From assembly GCF_000143415.4 (NCBI RefSeq), contig NW_003314265.1, positions 2,088,777 through 2,152,776 on the forward strand: 64,000 nucleotides of DNA, given 5' to 3'. The stretch comes from Selaginella moellendorffii (taxonomy: Eukaryota; Plantae; Lycopodiophyta). Within the stretch, counting starts at the first letter, position 1, and each line of letters starts with the position of its first letter. The position numbers and the translations under genes are program-made. The notes under the pieces are model-generated. The model was not told the DNA's origin and made no database searches. It saw only the letters and a program-made list of their open reading frames with translations. Shown here in pieces: positions 39,352 to 52,343 of this stretch.

Positions 39352-40439
39352 TTTTTTTTTCCTTCACTCAACCCAAGGGAGAACGAGAGCGAAGGAGAGA
39401 GAGAGGGAGGGAGAGGGAAATCAAGGAATCTGAATCGATCTTCCTAAGAACCAGCGCTTAACGCGATCTGGACGAGCTAGTGCGAATTATCGCCGCCCCA
39501 AGATGGATCTCCTACCGCTCCTGTGTTATTTCCTCGTCGATCGTCAAATTCGAGCAAGACTGTGCCATACTCTGGGACGATTTACCAGGAATCGGAATCG
39601 AGCGTGCTGCGGTGTAGAGCCTAAGCGATCGAACCAGGCGCCCCGGCCGATAAAACCCTAGCGCGATAGCTCCTTCCTCCGCTCCGGCATTTGATCGAAG
39701 GATGCTCTGAGCGTGGAGAGCTTAGTGAATGGAAATGTGGGGCAGCTCACAACTGCAATGGAGTAGAGCCTCGTGTCCGGAAAAAATGATTTTGGTGGGG
39801 GTTCGAATCTGGGCCCCAGACGCGTTCTAATCTCCCCGCCATCGGACGGTCTGCGCGAGAGGGAGCCTCCACAACGAAACAATTGATTTAATCGTAGAGA
39901 TATTTAATGTAATGTGTGGTTGATCTAATCTCTGGGCCTTGTGTGTTGATTTAATCCTTTCATGACGTGCTTGATGTAGAGAAGCGCAAGCGAAACAGCA
40001 CTTCCATGCCACCACGCCAAAATTCGATATTGACCGCAAGGAGAAAAGGGAATCAATCAATCACGAACAAGCAACGTCCAAGGAGTGATCTTGATCCGGG
40101 GAATATTCCTAATAATTAGATGTCACCGACCAGTGCGCTCGGATTCCACTATAGTTTCGCTGATGCGCGGAGAAAAAGCGGAGGGAAGATTCGCTTCTCG
40201 CCATCGTTGAATTCTCTAGATCGACTAAATCGATTCGACCCCCAGATCGATTTACCACGTCACAACACTGTGTGGTTGTGAGACCACACCACCGACCAAT
40301 CCCCGATCGCGACAAGCTCTGCCGCTTTTGGAAATATCTATGGGCGGCGTATATGGTAAAACACCTTTTTAGTTTAAAGAAGAATCCCTAAAAGGAGAAA
40401 TACCCTAAGACGGAAGAACCCTAAACTAAACTGGTCCGC

Positions 40440-40950
40440 TGCATTCTTCCTTCCACGCCCGCGACGTAATCCATGCCCATCGCCCGCGCGCGCGCGCTGC
40501 AAGTCGAGAATCTATCGGCGTCGCGCAGCGATCGAGCCTTGCATTGCGTCGTCCCAGGCGATGATCAGGAGGCGGATCATCGGATTTGCGTCGACGATGA
40601 TCCAGATCGATGGAGTCATTGCCGTACCGCGCGAGCGCGGCGTAGGGCTCGCCATCTTCCTCAGGAAGAAATCCCCCCGGCCCGGAGCCTGGCCGTTGAG
40701 CCGAGGGCGTGAACAGGATGATCGAAGCTCTGCCACAGCGGCAAGCCATCGGCGGACTCGAGAATGAGGTTCCCGGAATCGTCCAGCGTCATGCCCCGAT
40801 TCCTGACCTCCACAGCCCGTGTGAGGGCGCGATCCTGGAGCTCGGGCTCGATGGCAACCTCGTCCTCCGGCCGGAGGCGCTGTCAATCATCGCAGAGGGG
40901 AGAAGTGGATGGATCGTTGATCCACCGCGCCCCAAGCGCCAAGCAATATA
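40440..40950 (-). pseudogene. Bulb-type (G-type) lectin domain relic, S-domain receptor-like, with an internal inversion
   Basis: MTLDDSGNLILESADGLPLWQSFDHP on the minus strand; AILELGLDGNLVL on the plus strand (40816-40866). Confidence 0.7.
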
Positions 40951-43900
40951 ACTTTTTGCTATAATAATGTATGATTTTCGGGCGGCATAAGACCATGGAG
41001 GTTTACTCACTCACTTGAACCTGCAATGTGCTCTTAGCTCCTCCACTCTGTAAAGATTAATGGCCGGTGTGTTATCGCTTGATTCTCCAGAAGGCTGGGG
41101 GGGGGGGTTCCTCTGGCTCCATGGAATTTGTTGAGGAAAATTGCGCTCCCCGGTGCAAATAGCTGACATCACAGAATTCAAAATTCGTAAACTTGGGTCC
41201 ATTTCAATTTGCTGGCATTTTGTAGTAATGAACAGATTATACCAGATAAAATGCTGAATGTTATTTTAAGCTCCACTGTAATTCTGAAGAACCCTAAAAT
41301 CATGGCGACCCGCTCGAGTTGACTGGCGAAATCCTGTGTCGTTCAAGAATCTAAGCGAAAAAACCACCAAACATAATCCATCACCTCCCAGAACTAAAAG
41401 AACTTTAACCATCCGCATTATCGTTCGACTACCCCCATCTGATGGGTTATAAGAAGCTTGTTTATTGTTGTGGAAGTTTCATATAGACAAAGGTGATCAA
41501 GCTCTGGTAAGAGAGGACCAAGTTTACACCATGTCATCAGCTACTTTTGCAAGATCTTGGACACTAGGACTATCGTATCCAATATATTCCCTTCATATGA
41601 AAGAATGTATCAGTGTGCTAGAGTAAGAAAAAAAATTGTATTTCTACATGTAATGTTGATATTATATAAAAAAAACTATATCAGTGGGCTTGCTGCGTAA
41701 GGTAGGACTAGTAATATAACATCCTAGTGAATCCAACTCACCAACAAGTTGTATCTTGTAATTCATTCAGCGTCCTCTTGCATATTTCCATCCTTTAAAA
41801 TGTAAAAAACCATTAACCAGCATATACCTTAAATATATTAAATTAAGTGATTATAAAACAATATTGCTACATATAGCATAGAAAATTTTTGTTTTTAGAG
41901 AACATGAACAGCAAGGTTCATATATTCTAAGTCCCTTTGAATTCTAAGTCCCTTTGTGGGGCATCTAATGCTGAGATAAGCATCATGTCAAGAAAAAAGA
42001 ATTGTTCACAAAACCAAGAGCTAAAGACTTGTTTGAAGATCTTTAGCATACAAGAGCACAAGCATGGAATTTCTTATCAAAGGTTACTTTCATGCATATG
42101 AGCATAAACCACTCTTGAGTTCACAATGAAAAGTTGAGTTTCTGAGCTAAACAATTGTACTTTAATACATCATTATAAATATATAAAAATTAAGGTTCAT
42201 GGCAAACTTAACTTTATACTATATTTTAACATCTCTACACTTAAAAATGTTTGAGGAACCTTCAGACTCTGAATCTCTTCTACTTTTCAAAGTTCAAAGT
42301 TAGGGAATGATTGTCTACAATCATACTTAGGCCACCTTCTGGTCACTATAGTCCTTCTCTTAGGGTTTATTAAACTTTGGTTCTCCCTCTAAATCCACCA
42401 TGTTAAATATTCTTTCAAAATATTTTTGCCCCATTCATCAGCCATGAAATTAAATTGGGCTCCTAATGTTAAGATTTTATCCATTACACTCTAAACCAAT
42501 TGGTTAAAGGAGTGATCATTTTATTGTAAAGCCTTTTTTTTTCTTATTATCCTGACTTAGTGCTTAATCCCACTACTAAGATGCTTAAGAACTTTCCCTT
42601 TTTGCCCAAGTACTTAGCTCAAGTTTAGGGTTCATCGTTGATAAAGACTTGGGGTTGGGGTCCATTGATCGGAGCTCCAGGTAGGCCGCTTCGCCTCTCT
42701 CCACCCTCGCAAGGTAAGTTCGTATAGGTAGGTAGCAATAAGCGAGTAAGACAGAGATTTGGAAAGCGAAGCTGCTTGCAACGAGCTAAGAGGTATGCTA
42801 GAGGCGATCAAGAAATCGTGTTGAAACTCTCAACGTTTGAAGATTGCAACACAAAAGGGAGGCAGTGACGCAACAAACAACTCAAACAAGCAAAGTGCAA
42901 AACAATGGGCAAAGGAACTCTTAAAGCGAAGAGAAACTCACCGATGTGGACAACGCTGTGTGAATACGAACAAAACTAACAATCAAGAACACTTAGTTTC
43001 ATGTTGCCAGGTTCGCGTGTGTTTCGATTTGTTCTAATTTTTTGTCATGAAGAAGCCAAGTGACATGTTGGTGCTACTCAACGACGATAAGAACTGAAAA
43101 ACTCTATGTCACAGCGTGTGCCAAAAAGAAAAATGCTACTAGATTGGAGAGATTTTGTGTCAACGTTTTGGAGAGATTTGTTGTTGCTGTGCTCAACGCA
43201 ATTCCTGCAAGCCAAGAAACAACGCGATCTTCAGAACTTCAATCCAGCTGAAAACGTACATGACAATGACAACAACGATCATGATCCGTCGCTGATCCTT
43301 GGCCGGACCTGTCAACTCTCGGACCTCTCCACCTCGCAAGGTAAGTTCGTTTAGAGCTCTTCTTTGTGGTAGCAATAAGCGAGTAAGATAACGAAACTCG
43401 GAGACAAAAAAGCGAAGCTGCTTGCAACGAGCTAGGATCGAATGATCAACGATAAATGAGAAATTCTCAACGTTTGAAGACATCAGGTTCGCTCTTTCTT
43501 TTCGATTGAGAGTGTCGACAGAGTCAAGAATTTCTATGCTCAACGCATAAGGGAGCCAGTGACACAGTCAAGCTAAGATGATATGCTCATCAAACAACTC
43601 AAACAAGCGAAGTGCAAAACAACGGCCCTAGGAACTCTCAATGCGAAGGGAAGCTTGTGAATATCATTGAAAGTTGACGATACTTAGCTTCAGGTTTGCA
43701 TGTGTTTCAATTTGTTCTAATTTCTTGTCATGAAAAAGACAAGTGAACGTGTTGGTGCTGCTCAACCACGATAAGAACTAAAAAATGCTGTGTTCAAAAA
43801 GAAAAGAGATTTTGTGTCAACGTTTTGGAGAGGCTTTGAGTTATGTTGTTGCTGCACCCAGCGCAAGACCTGCGAGCTGAGAACAATGCGATCTTCAGAA

Positions 43901-44799
43901 CTTCAATCCAGCTGAAGACGTACATTGACAGTGGTCCAACCTCAATGAAAACAACGATCATGAAAACTCCAAAGGCAAAGGAATGTGCATAGCGTGAATT
44001 TACAAGAAAAGACGCCTGAATCAACTCATATATTGGTTTGTCTAACTAGGATGTTTGCTGTTCAACGAAATGGAAGTCCAAGTTTAAGAGGTTCGTGAGT
44101 TTGTTCTAACCAAAATGTTTGTTCAAAGAACTGGACAACGCCAGGAGAGGCTTCAACCTTCCAGGTCTATGTTCTCTTTAGTTTTCTTTATGGTATCTCT
44201 AACTTCCTTTTGTTTTTGCAACACCATGAGAATGGGACGGTGCCACAGAACAACGTTCCAGGGCCAGCTAACGATGGGTAAATGGAAGTTTACGCTCTAC
44301 ACAAAACGAGAAAACGAGACGATCTACACAAAGCACTCTGTGGTTTCCTTGAAAAGAAATGAATACATTTACAAAGTTGCAAACATTTGTCAAGTAGTTA
44401 TGTCTCTTCAGGCACTAGCTTAGCTGTTGTTTCCGTGGGAATGGCCATTGCCACCGTCACTGACTTACAATTCCATTTATTTAGCAGTAACGTGGATCAT
44501 ACCCAGCGGGACGGGAGCCGGTTTGTGAGCTTTATTCACGAAGTTCACGGATGAATCATCTAATCAATGCTTACTCCCGAGATGCATGGGAAACGGAAGG
44601 AAAATTCGCCCAAGAGCCAAGAACACTGGACGAACTGGAGATAAACAAAGAGAGGCACTCCTGGCTTGAGAATACAAGGTTAAAAATATTTTGCTTCTTG
44701 GTGTTAAGGTTTAACAAGGTGCTTTCTTATAATGTAAAAGTTAGACTACGTGACCCGAATATGCCAAGGCGCGATTCTTTGTTTGAGTAAGAGCTTGCA

Positions 44800-46135
44800 A
44801 ACTTTGAGTATCATAAGTGTCCCAAAGGGTGCTTGCTGTCCGCTAGGCAGTGGTGCGTTCCCTGGTCTCTCAAGTATCACAGTGTCCAACATTAGCAACA
44901 CATCTTTCGCTTTTTTTTCCCAGACATTACCAGCTTCTTTAGCAGCAACAGTCCGTGGCGAAGTAATCTGAGAAGGCTCGTCGGCACCCACCGAAAGGAA
45001 GATTTCAGTGCAACTCCGTGCCTCTCGTTTGTTTCTGAAAAGGAATGAGATGCAAGGAGCAAATATAATGAACCAAGTGCGGAAAATCTCACCCTGCGGT
45101 ATCAAAGTAGCCAAAAGTTTGTGTTCCCAAAGATCAACCGCTGCGCTTCCCGGCTCCCACTCGAGTAAATATAGGCCAGAAAGGACCAAGGCGACGACAT
45201 CAACATCGTGCTTTGGCAACTTCTATCAGACCTTCGACTCAGCACAAGGAGAGTGCTTCAGGAACGTCCTGAAAGACTTGGCCTTTGAGTTCACCGTTTT
45301 TGTATCCTGTTCTCCAAATATATCCCTGTGATGCAAAGGATCAAGAAACGTTGATTCAAAACAAGACCAGACCTGGAATTGTTTGAGGGCTGTAACTTTG
45401 CGATCGGCAGCAATCATGCGAGAACGTTACGCTCTGACTTAGGAGCATCACTTGGAGGAATAAGCTGCGTTTGCACGTTTTCTTTAAGAGCCTGCTTGAC
45501 ATAACACGAGAGCTTGATTTCTGCTGCCACCAAAACCAATGAAATCTTGGCTGTTGCCTGAGAAGGTCTAGATCACCTTGAGTCTCCTTCGAATCGTAAG
45601 TGGCTGAGAGGTGTTTTCCCTCATTGTCATGTGCATAGGGAAACAAACGTCCGTCACGAACGATACACACGAGAAAAACATTTGATAAAAGCCCGCATAA
45701 ATAGACAGCATTTCTTGCGGGATAGTTTTTCCTTGGAGCTGCAAAGCTGAGTTTCTTCACTGGTCCATACAAGCGGTCTGTATGGTCGAGGCCAAACTGG
45801 CGAAGCTTAAGTGCGGCATCAAAATGGTAATGGTAGCATTCTGCCTTCTTCGCAAAAGATTAAGAGTCAAGCTGGCAAAAATACTATCACCTGAGTTTTA
45901 GCACAGAACCACGAGTCACCCCAAACGTAAATCCCATGGTTTCTCACTAACACTGCCGTCGTTCGTGGATAAGCGGCACTCTTCCAGCAAAACGCGAATA
46001 AGAAAGACATCAGTGAGAAACGAACCAGCTTTTACTCACGGCTGCTGCTAAAGAATCCGTGAGCTCATATTCATACGCAGAGTTTTCGAGCTAGTGGTAG
46101 TAACCATGCCCTTTGATTCCTTTGATCATCTCCAT
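44800..46135 (-). pseudogene. DEP1: DEP1 relic, copy 2
   Basis: The same motifs as 17678-19060 on the minus strand, with its own set of indels. Confidence 0.85.
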
Positions 46136-49100
46136 GTCCACGACGGTGCGATGTATCGCCGGCTGAGATCCAGAAGCCAACAGCAGCACGGAAGAGCCAT
46201 CCAGCAGGCTGTCCGATCAGCACGATTCCTCGTCCCCTCCCGCTAGCGACGAGTAATTAAGTTTCGTTTTGGAGAACTTCCTCTTTTTGTCCTGCCTATA
46301 TATAGTGATACTTAGCTTACGTTTAGGGTTCATCGTTGATGAACGATGAAGGGCTAGGGCGGTGGATGCCGCGGACGGGATGTCTTGGCCTTCCACTATT
46401 GATCGGAGCTCCAGCTTCTCTCTCCACTCTCGCAAGGTAAGTTCGTTTAGATAGGGCTTTTCTTTGCGTTAGCAGTAAACGAGTAAGACAGCAATTTGGA
46501 AAGCGAAGCTGCTTGCAACGAGCTAAGAGGTCTGTTAGAGGCGATCAAGAAATCGTGTTGAAACTCTCAACGTTTGAAAATTGCAACGCAAAAGGGAGCC
46601 AGTGACACTACAAACAACTCAAACGGGCCAAGGAACTCTCAACGCGAAGGATGTGGACAACGCTCTGTGAATACAAACAAACTAGATGTTGCCAGGTTCG
46701 CGTGTGTTTTGAAATTTCTTGTCATGAAGAAGCCAACATGTTGGTGCTGCTCAACGACGATAAGAACTGAAAAACGCCTTGTCACAGCGTGTGCCAAGAA
46801 GAAAAATGCTACTAGATTGGAGAGATTTTGTGTCAACGTTTTGGAGAGATTGTCAGTGCTTTGAGTTATGTTGTTGCTGCGCTCAACGCAAGACCGGTGA
46901 GCTGAGAAACAACGTTGGGCATCTGCGATCTTCAGAACTTCAATCCAGCTGAAGACGTACATGACAATGACAACAACAATCATGATCCGTCGCTGATCCT
47001 TAGCCAGACCGGTCAACTGCCGCACCTCTCCACCTCTGAAGGTAAGGGCTTTTCTTTGCGTTAGCAATAAGCGAGTAAGACAGAGATTTGCCAGGGACAA
47101 GAAAGCGAAGCTGCTAAGAGGTATGATAAACGATAAAAGAAAGGAGGCGATCAAGAATTCGTTTTGAAACTCTCAACAGCTGCGCTCAACGCAAGACCTG
47201 CGAGCTGAGAAACAACGTTAGGCACCTGCAATCTTCAGAACTTCAATCCAGCTGAAGACATACATGACAATGGTCAAACCTCAATGAAAACAACGATCAT
47301 GATCCGTCCTTGATCCTGGACCAGCCCCTCCACCTCGCAAAGGTAAGTTTATTTATTTTTCTTTGTGTTGGCAATAAGCGAGTAAGACAACGGAACAAGA
47401 GAGACTTGCTGGAAACAAGAAAGCGAAGCTGCTTGCAACGAGCCAATTGAAGAATTCAGGTTTGCTCTTTCTTTTCAATTGAGAGTGCCGACGACGGGGT
47501 CAAGAAGATGCTATGCTCAACGCAAAAGGGAGCCACACAGTCAAAATAAGATGATATGCTCAATCAAACAACGCAAACAAGCTAAGTGCAAAGCAACAGT
47601 CCAAGCAACTCTCAACGCGAAGGGAAATTTGTGAATACGAACAAAACTAACGATCATTAAAAGTTGATGATACTTAGCTTCAAGGTTTGCGTGTGTTTAA
47701 ATTTGTTCTAATTTCTTGTCATGAAAAAAAACAAGTGACGTGATGGTAAGAACTAAAAAATGCTATCTCCAAGAAGAAAAATGCTACGAGATTGGAGAGA
47801 TTTTGTTGTTGCTGCGCTCAACGCAAGACCTGTGAGAAACAACGTTGGGCCAGAACTTCAATCCAGCTGAAGACGTACATTGACAATGGTCCAACCTCAA
47901 TGAAAACAACGGCCATGAAAACTCCAAAGGCAAAGAAATGTGCATAGCGTGAATATACAACTCATATATTAGTTTGTCTAACTAGGATGTTTTCTGTTCA
48001 ACGAAATGGAAGTCGAAGTTTAAGAGCTATTTGTTCTAACCAAAATGTTTGGACAACGCCAGGAGAGGCTTCAATCTTCCAGGCTTTAGTTTTCTTTATG
48101 GTTTCCCTAACATCTTTTTGTTTTTACAAAGTTGCAAACATTTGTTTAGTAGGTATGTCAAAAAACATTCCCAGAGACGAGCTTCTGGAGGTTGTGGCAG
48201 CTACTCAAGAGCTCGTTAAACCTCTTGTAGCTGTCTGAGCTTGAAGACTTCGGGCTCGTCACTTCCAAAACTTCCAAGCCGATCCCTTCTGGCGTGAGCA
48301 CGAGCAGCTTCGTGTCCTCTGTCCACGGCCGAGGAATTTCTTCCAGTCCAATCGCTGCTGCCTGAGTATTTTCATCCAGCCTTGCCACTAGCTCGTCCAG
48401 TCGTGCCTCTGGCTCTGTCAGAGGGATCTTCTTCGTCCCTGGCGTTCGGGAGTAGACTCAAAAGCTCGAGCTTATTTCCACTTCTCAGGTACTCGAGCTC
48501 GTGCCTGAGCATTGCGTCCTTTGGCTTTGAAGTCGCAGTATCACGGGCAGTCTCGGTCTCCTTGGTGTACTGCTGGTTGTATCTCTCCACAAAACTCACA
48601 ACCTTTTCCTGGATCAACTCGGGGACGTCGCCACCTTGGAGCCGAGACGCAAACGCGAGACTCTTTTTGTAGTCCCCTACCTCGTCTGTGTGAAAGGGAG
48701 AGGCTCGCTGTTAAGACGCATCAGCTTCGTCCAAACACCCGACGCCAGTTTGCCAGGATCGCTCGCTGGCTGCAACACGGCTAGCCTCCGGTTCTTCATA
48801 GCTCAGGTACACTTCCAGCGGAGCAAGTAGAAACTTGTGGTTTACTCTGCCTTCTACACCTCTTGCATACTTTATTTCCATCCTGAAAAATGTTAATGGT
48901 CAAAGGCATGAATAAAGACCATTAGCCAGGAGTTTTTGATTGACTAGACTATAATGAGGTAATTCTGCGAAGATAAATGGCCATGTGGTGTGCTACCAGA
49001 AGTCTGGGCAGGTTCCTTTGATCACAATCTCTCCAAAACGTTGCCAACCTAGTATGGCACACGCTGTGACATGGCGTTTTTCAGTTCTTATCGTCGTTGA

Positions 49101-49601
49101 GCAACACCAGCATGTCACTTGGCTTCTTCATGACCTGGCAACGTAAACCTAAGTATTGTTGATTGTTCATATTCGCACAGCGTTGTCCACATCAGTGAGT
49201 TCGCGTTGAGAGTTGGCCCGTTGTTTTGCAGTGTCACTGGCTCCTTTTTGCGTTGCAATCGAAAAGAAAGAGCGAACCTGGTGTGAGAGTTTCAACACAA
49301 ATTCTTGATCCCCTCTAGCCTTTCTTTTATGGCATTGGATTATCATGGTGTAGGAGATGAGAGTGGAGCACTAGATCCAAAGACCGCGAGAAATCAATCT
49401 GCCAGCGATTAGGGCGTGGAACAAACTAATTTACTCTCCCACAGCTGACGATGGCACTCATGAAGAGCAGCACCTCCAAAAACTAAAGTAGCCTTCGTGC
49501 ATTGATTGCTATCGAAAACTTTCGTGCAGAAACAGGGCCCATACCATGGAGTCAAGGGGACCATTCGCGAATCTTATTTGAAGCTCCCGTGCGGAGAGGA
49601 A

Positions 49602-51024
49602 CTAGCAGTCCAGGGTTGTAAACCTCGCAAAGAGCTCGCTTTGCAGCAGCCTCTTCATCTGCTCCTCGAGCAGCATTACCACAATCCGGCGCTCTCGCAT
49701 CCCGCCCTGGGGCGTGGGAAGTAGCACCACCACCCCGTTGCCATACCACGGCTCCAGCACCATCGAGAAGTGGGCCGGCCGCCCCCACCCAAACTCAAAC
49801 TCGTACACCGGGAACGAGTGCAAGCTGATGCTGAAGATCCCCATCCCGGTGCTGGGTGGGGAGACGTTGAGCCCGATATCATGGCCCTTGCGCAGCGTCT
49901 CCTCCATCCAGTCGATGGTAGACTGGATCCTCTCCTGGCCTACGTTGCGGACATCCTCGTGGAAGAGCCGCGCGGCGTGGGAGACGTGCTTGTTCTTGAG
50001 ATCGCCCACGGCGCACGGCAGGCAGAGCGTGAAGGAGGAGGTGCCACAGTACTCGCTCGGCATCGGTGGCTGCCACCGGTTTCTGCCCACCTTGGTGGAC
50101 ACCGCGTAGATGTAAGTGTTGGTCACCGAGTCGTCGAAGTCACGGGCCTCGGTGATGCACTTCCAGACGAGACCCGAGACGGCCTCGAAGGAGGTCGGGC
50201 TGCTGCCGTAGGCGAACGGGCCAGACGCGATCTCGTGCTTGAGCTCCGCGAGCTGCTGCTCGTTCATGTGGAATGCCCGGACGTGGTAACTGGGCTTGAA
50301 GTCCTGGGCGGCCTTGTCCATCTCCTCGGCGATGGCGGGGGTCACAGCAACGAAGTCCCGGACCGGCACGGTGACGCTGGGCGGATCCCGCGCCTTGAGG
50401 AGGCTGGAGTCGAAGCTGGGCGGTGGATTCGGCGGTGGGAATCCCCGGTGGAGCTCCGACCAGGCCTTGAGGAAGGGGAAGAACGAGGAGCCGTCCAGGA
50501 GGGTGTGGCTGGTGACGAGGCCCAGAGCTATCCCGCCACACCGGAACTTGGTCACCTGGGAGTAGTCAAAGCCGATCAAAGCCGGTCAAAAGATTTACCT
50601 GAACTTTGAGCTGAGGGAAGTTCTCCGGATCGGTGATCGCGGTCTGGGCCGGGTTGAGCTCCTGCTCGATGGAGCACTGCTTCATGGAATTGCCCCAGTC
50701 GCCGAAGCTCGCATCGGCGAAGGCCACCACGAACTCGATGCCGCGGTCGTTGCACTCGAGGATGGGGCGGTCGAGGCCGGCGATCCTGGGCCTCCCGGCT
50801 AGAGGATAGTACGGGACGAGGATCCGGGAGAGCGAGTCCTTCAAGCTCGCCACTAGCGAATCGAAAGAGCTTACGTGATCCAGAGCAGCTGGGTAGTAGT
50901 AAACTTGCTTGATGTAGTTATCGCCCAGGACCTGGATTTGGAAGTTGCAAAGCCAGAGAGTGCAGGGCTGCGGCGTTGGGACCGCTGGAACGATCGTGGA
51001 CACGGACTCTACGTGCACAACCAT
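49602..51024 (-). CDS. BAHD acyltransferase copy 3 (exons 50599-51024 and 49602-50555; 459 aa)
   Basis: Intact ORF with YYPLAGR, HTLLD and EFGWG; 43-nt GT-AG intron at the conserved Q position. Confidence 0.9.
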
Positions 51025-51242
51025 CTTTGCAACCAAAGATGAAATCCACAAAAACCACAAAAACACTAAAGAAAGGGAGAAAGAACGCCACAAAAACTTT
51101 CGGTATACACTCACAAACTTAGAGCATCCCACACGATCTCGAAGATCCCACGAGAAGAACGTGCTTATCGCACATTATCCTTTTGTCAGAAAAAATTCAA
51201 TGCGTGATTGACAGAAAAATATCACTCACTTTATAGGTGTGT

Positions 51243-52100
51243 TGCGATCCTTGTTGGGTCGCCTCGTGCGCCGACCGTCAGGAGCTGCAGCACTCTCCGC
51301 GAGGAGGATCCCAGCTCCAGGAAGCGACAGGATTGATTCCCTACGCCTCCTCCAGCGCTCCAAACCCACGTCGTGTGATTTTTATTTCCTCTGTGTGACA
51401 GAGTTGTGCGCGGCCGGAGCCTTCAAAGGCGTCACGGCTTCGTATTATCGTCTTTCCATTCATCCTCTCGTACACAATGTGGCACTGATCATGTGAACCA
51501 AGCACTCTTAACCACGGTTTGTCTTGTGGATCATAGCGTATAGACTGTGGTGATGGATGATCCTTGTGTTTTTCGCCTAGGTCCTGAGACTTGGATGGCT
51601 ACCTCTTTGTTGCGGCCAGCAGCGTCGCGGAGCTCTTGACTCAATCGCCATCAGAAGTTTCCAAGAGGTAAACATGGCTTTGCATGAAAGTTTTCACTTG
51701 CATGTTTTCTAGCGGGATTTGTTTTGTCACGACCATAGAACCTCTTTCGCTGCCGAGGCAACCTGGTCTTTGCTCGTTCCTGCGCCTTTTACGAGTATTG
51801 GTAACATTTATTTCCTCGACTTGGTTGATTGATGAGGATTCTTCTTCTTCGTTACCTTCTTCTAAGGAGGGAACATCCTTCAAGCAGTAAGACGCTTTGG
51901 GGAACATTTGTCACTTGGGACGATCACCACCGGTGACAGAAGCATTTCTCGAGTGAGTCACGTCATTCTTTTCTCTCGTTCGTAAGAATGGCATCTCAAC
52001 AGTGATATCTTATGGCAAAGGAAGAATCCAGAAGAAGCAAAAGCTTTTAACGAGCTCGCAGGGATTTGATAGGACTGCAAATCCAAGCCGACTAAACAAC
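51243..52100 (+). pseudogene. Degraded copy 3 of the DUF3082-like + cytochrome c6A pair
   Basis: Direct similarity to 8330-9600 with deletions. Confidence 0.85.
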
Positions 52101-52343
52101 CTCATGCAGGACAAGCATGGATGCGTTGTAGCGGGTTCCTTAGTCAGCTGGGAACTGCTTTTCCCATTCGTCTGACGATTTCATGCGAAAGAGCTTGTTT
52201 TTTGTTGTGAAAGTTTCATATAGACAAACGCGATCAAGCTCTTGTAAGACAGGACCAAGTTTACATCAGGACGTGAGCTACTTTTGCAGGACACCTATGC
52301 CCTTTCTTGAAATAAAAAGAAATTACAGAAGATTGCTAATAAA

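Larger units (their letters stand above)
40190..47200 (+). repeat. Direct segmental duplicate of about 56662-64000
   Basis: Both begin TCGCTTCTCGCCATCGTTGAATTCTCTAGATCG and run colinearly through the lectin relic, AT-rich block, repeats and DEP1 relic. Confidence 0.85.

Noticed and set aside
39658-39882. PPR-like phrase (RASFDQMPER)
   Set aside because: A single short motif with no repeat array.
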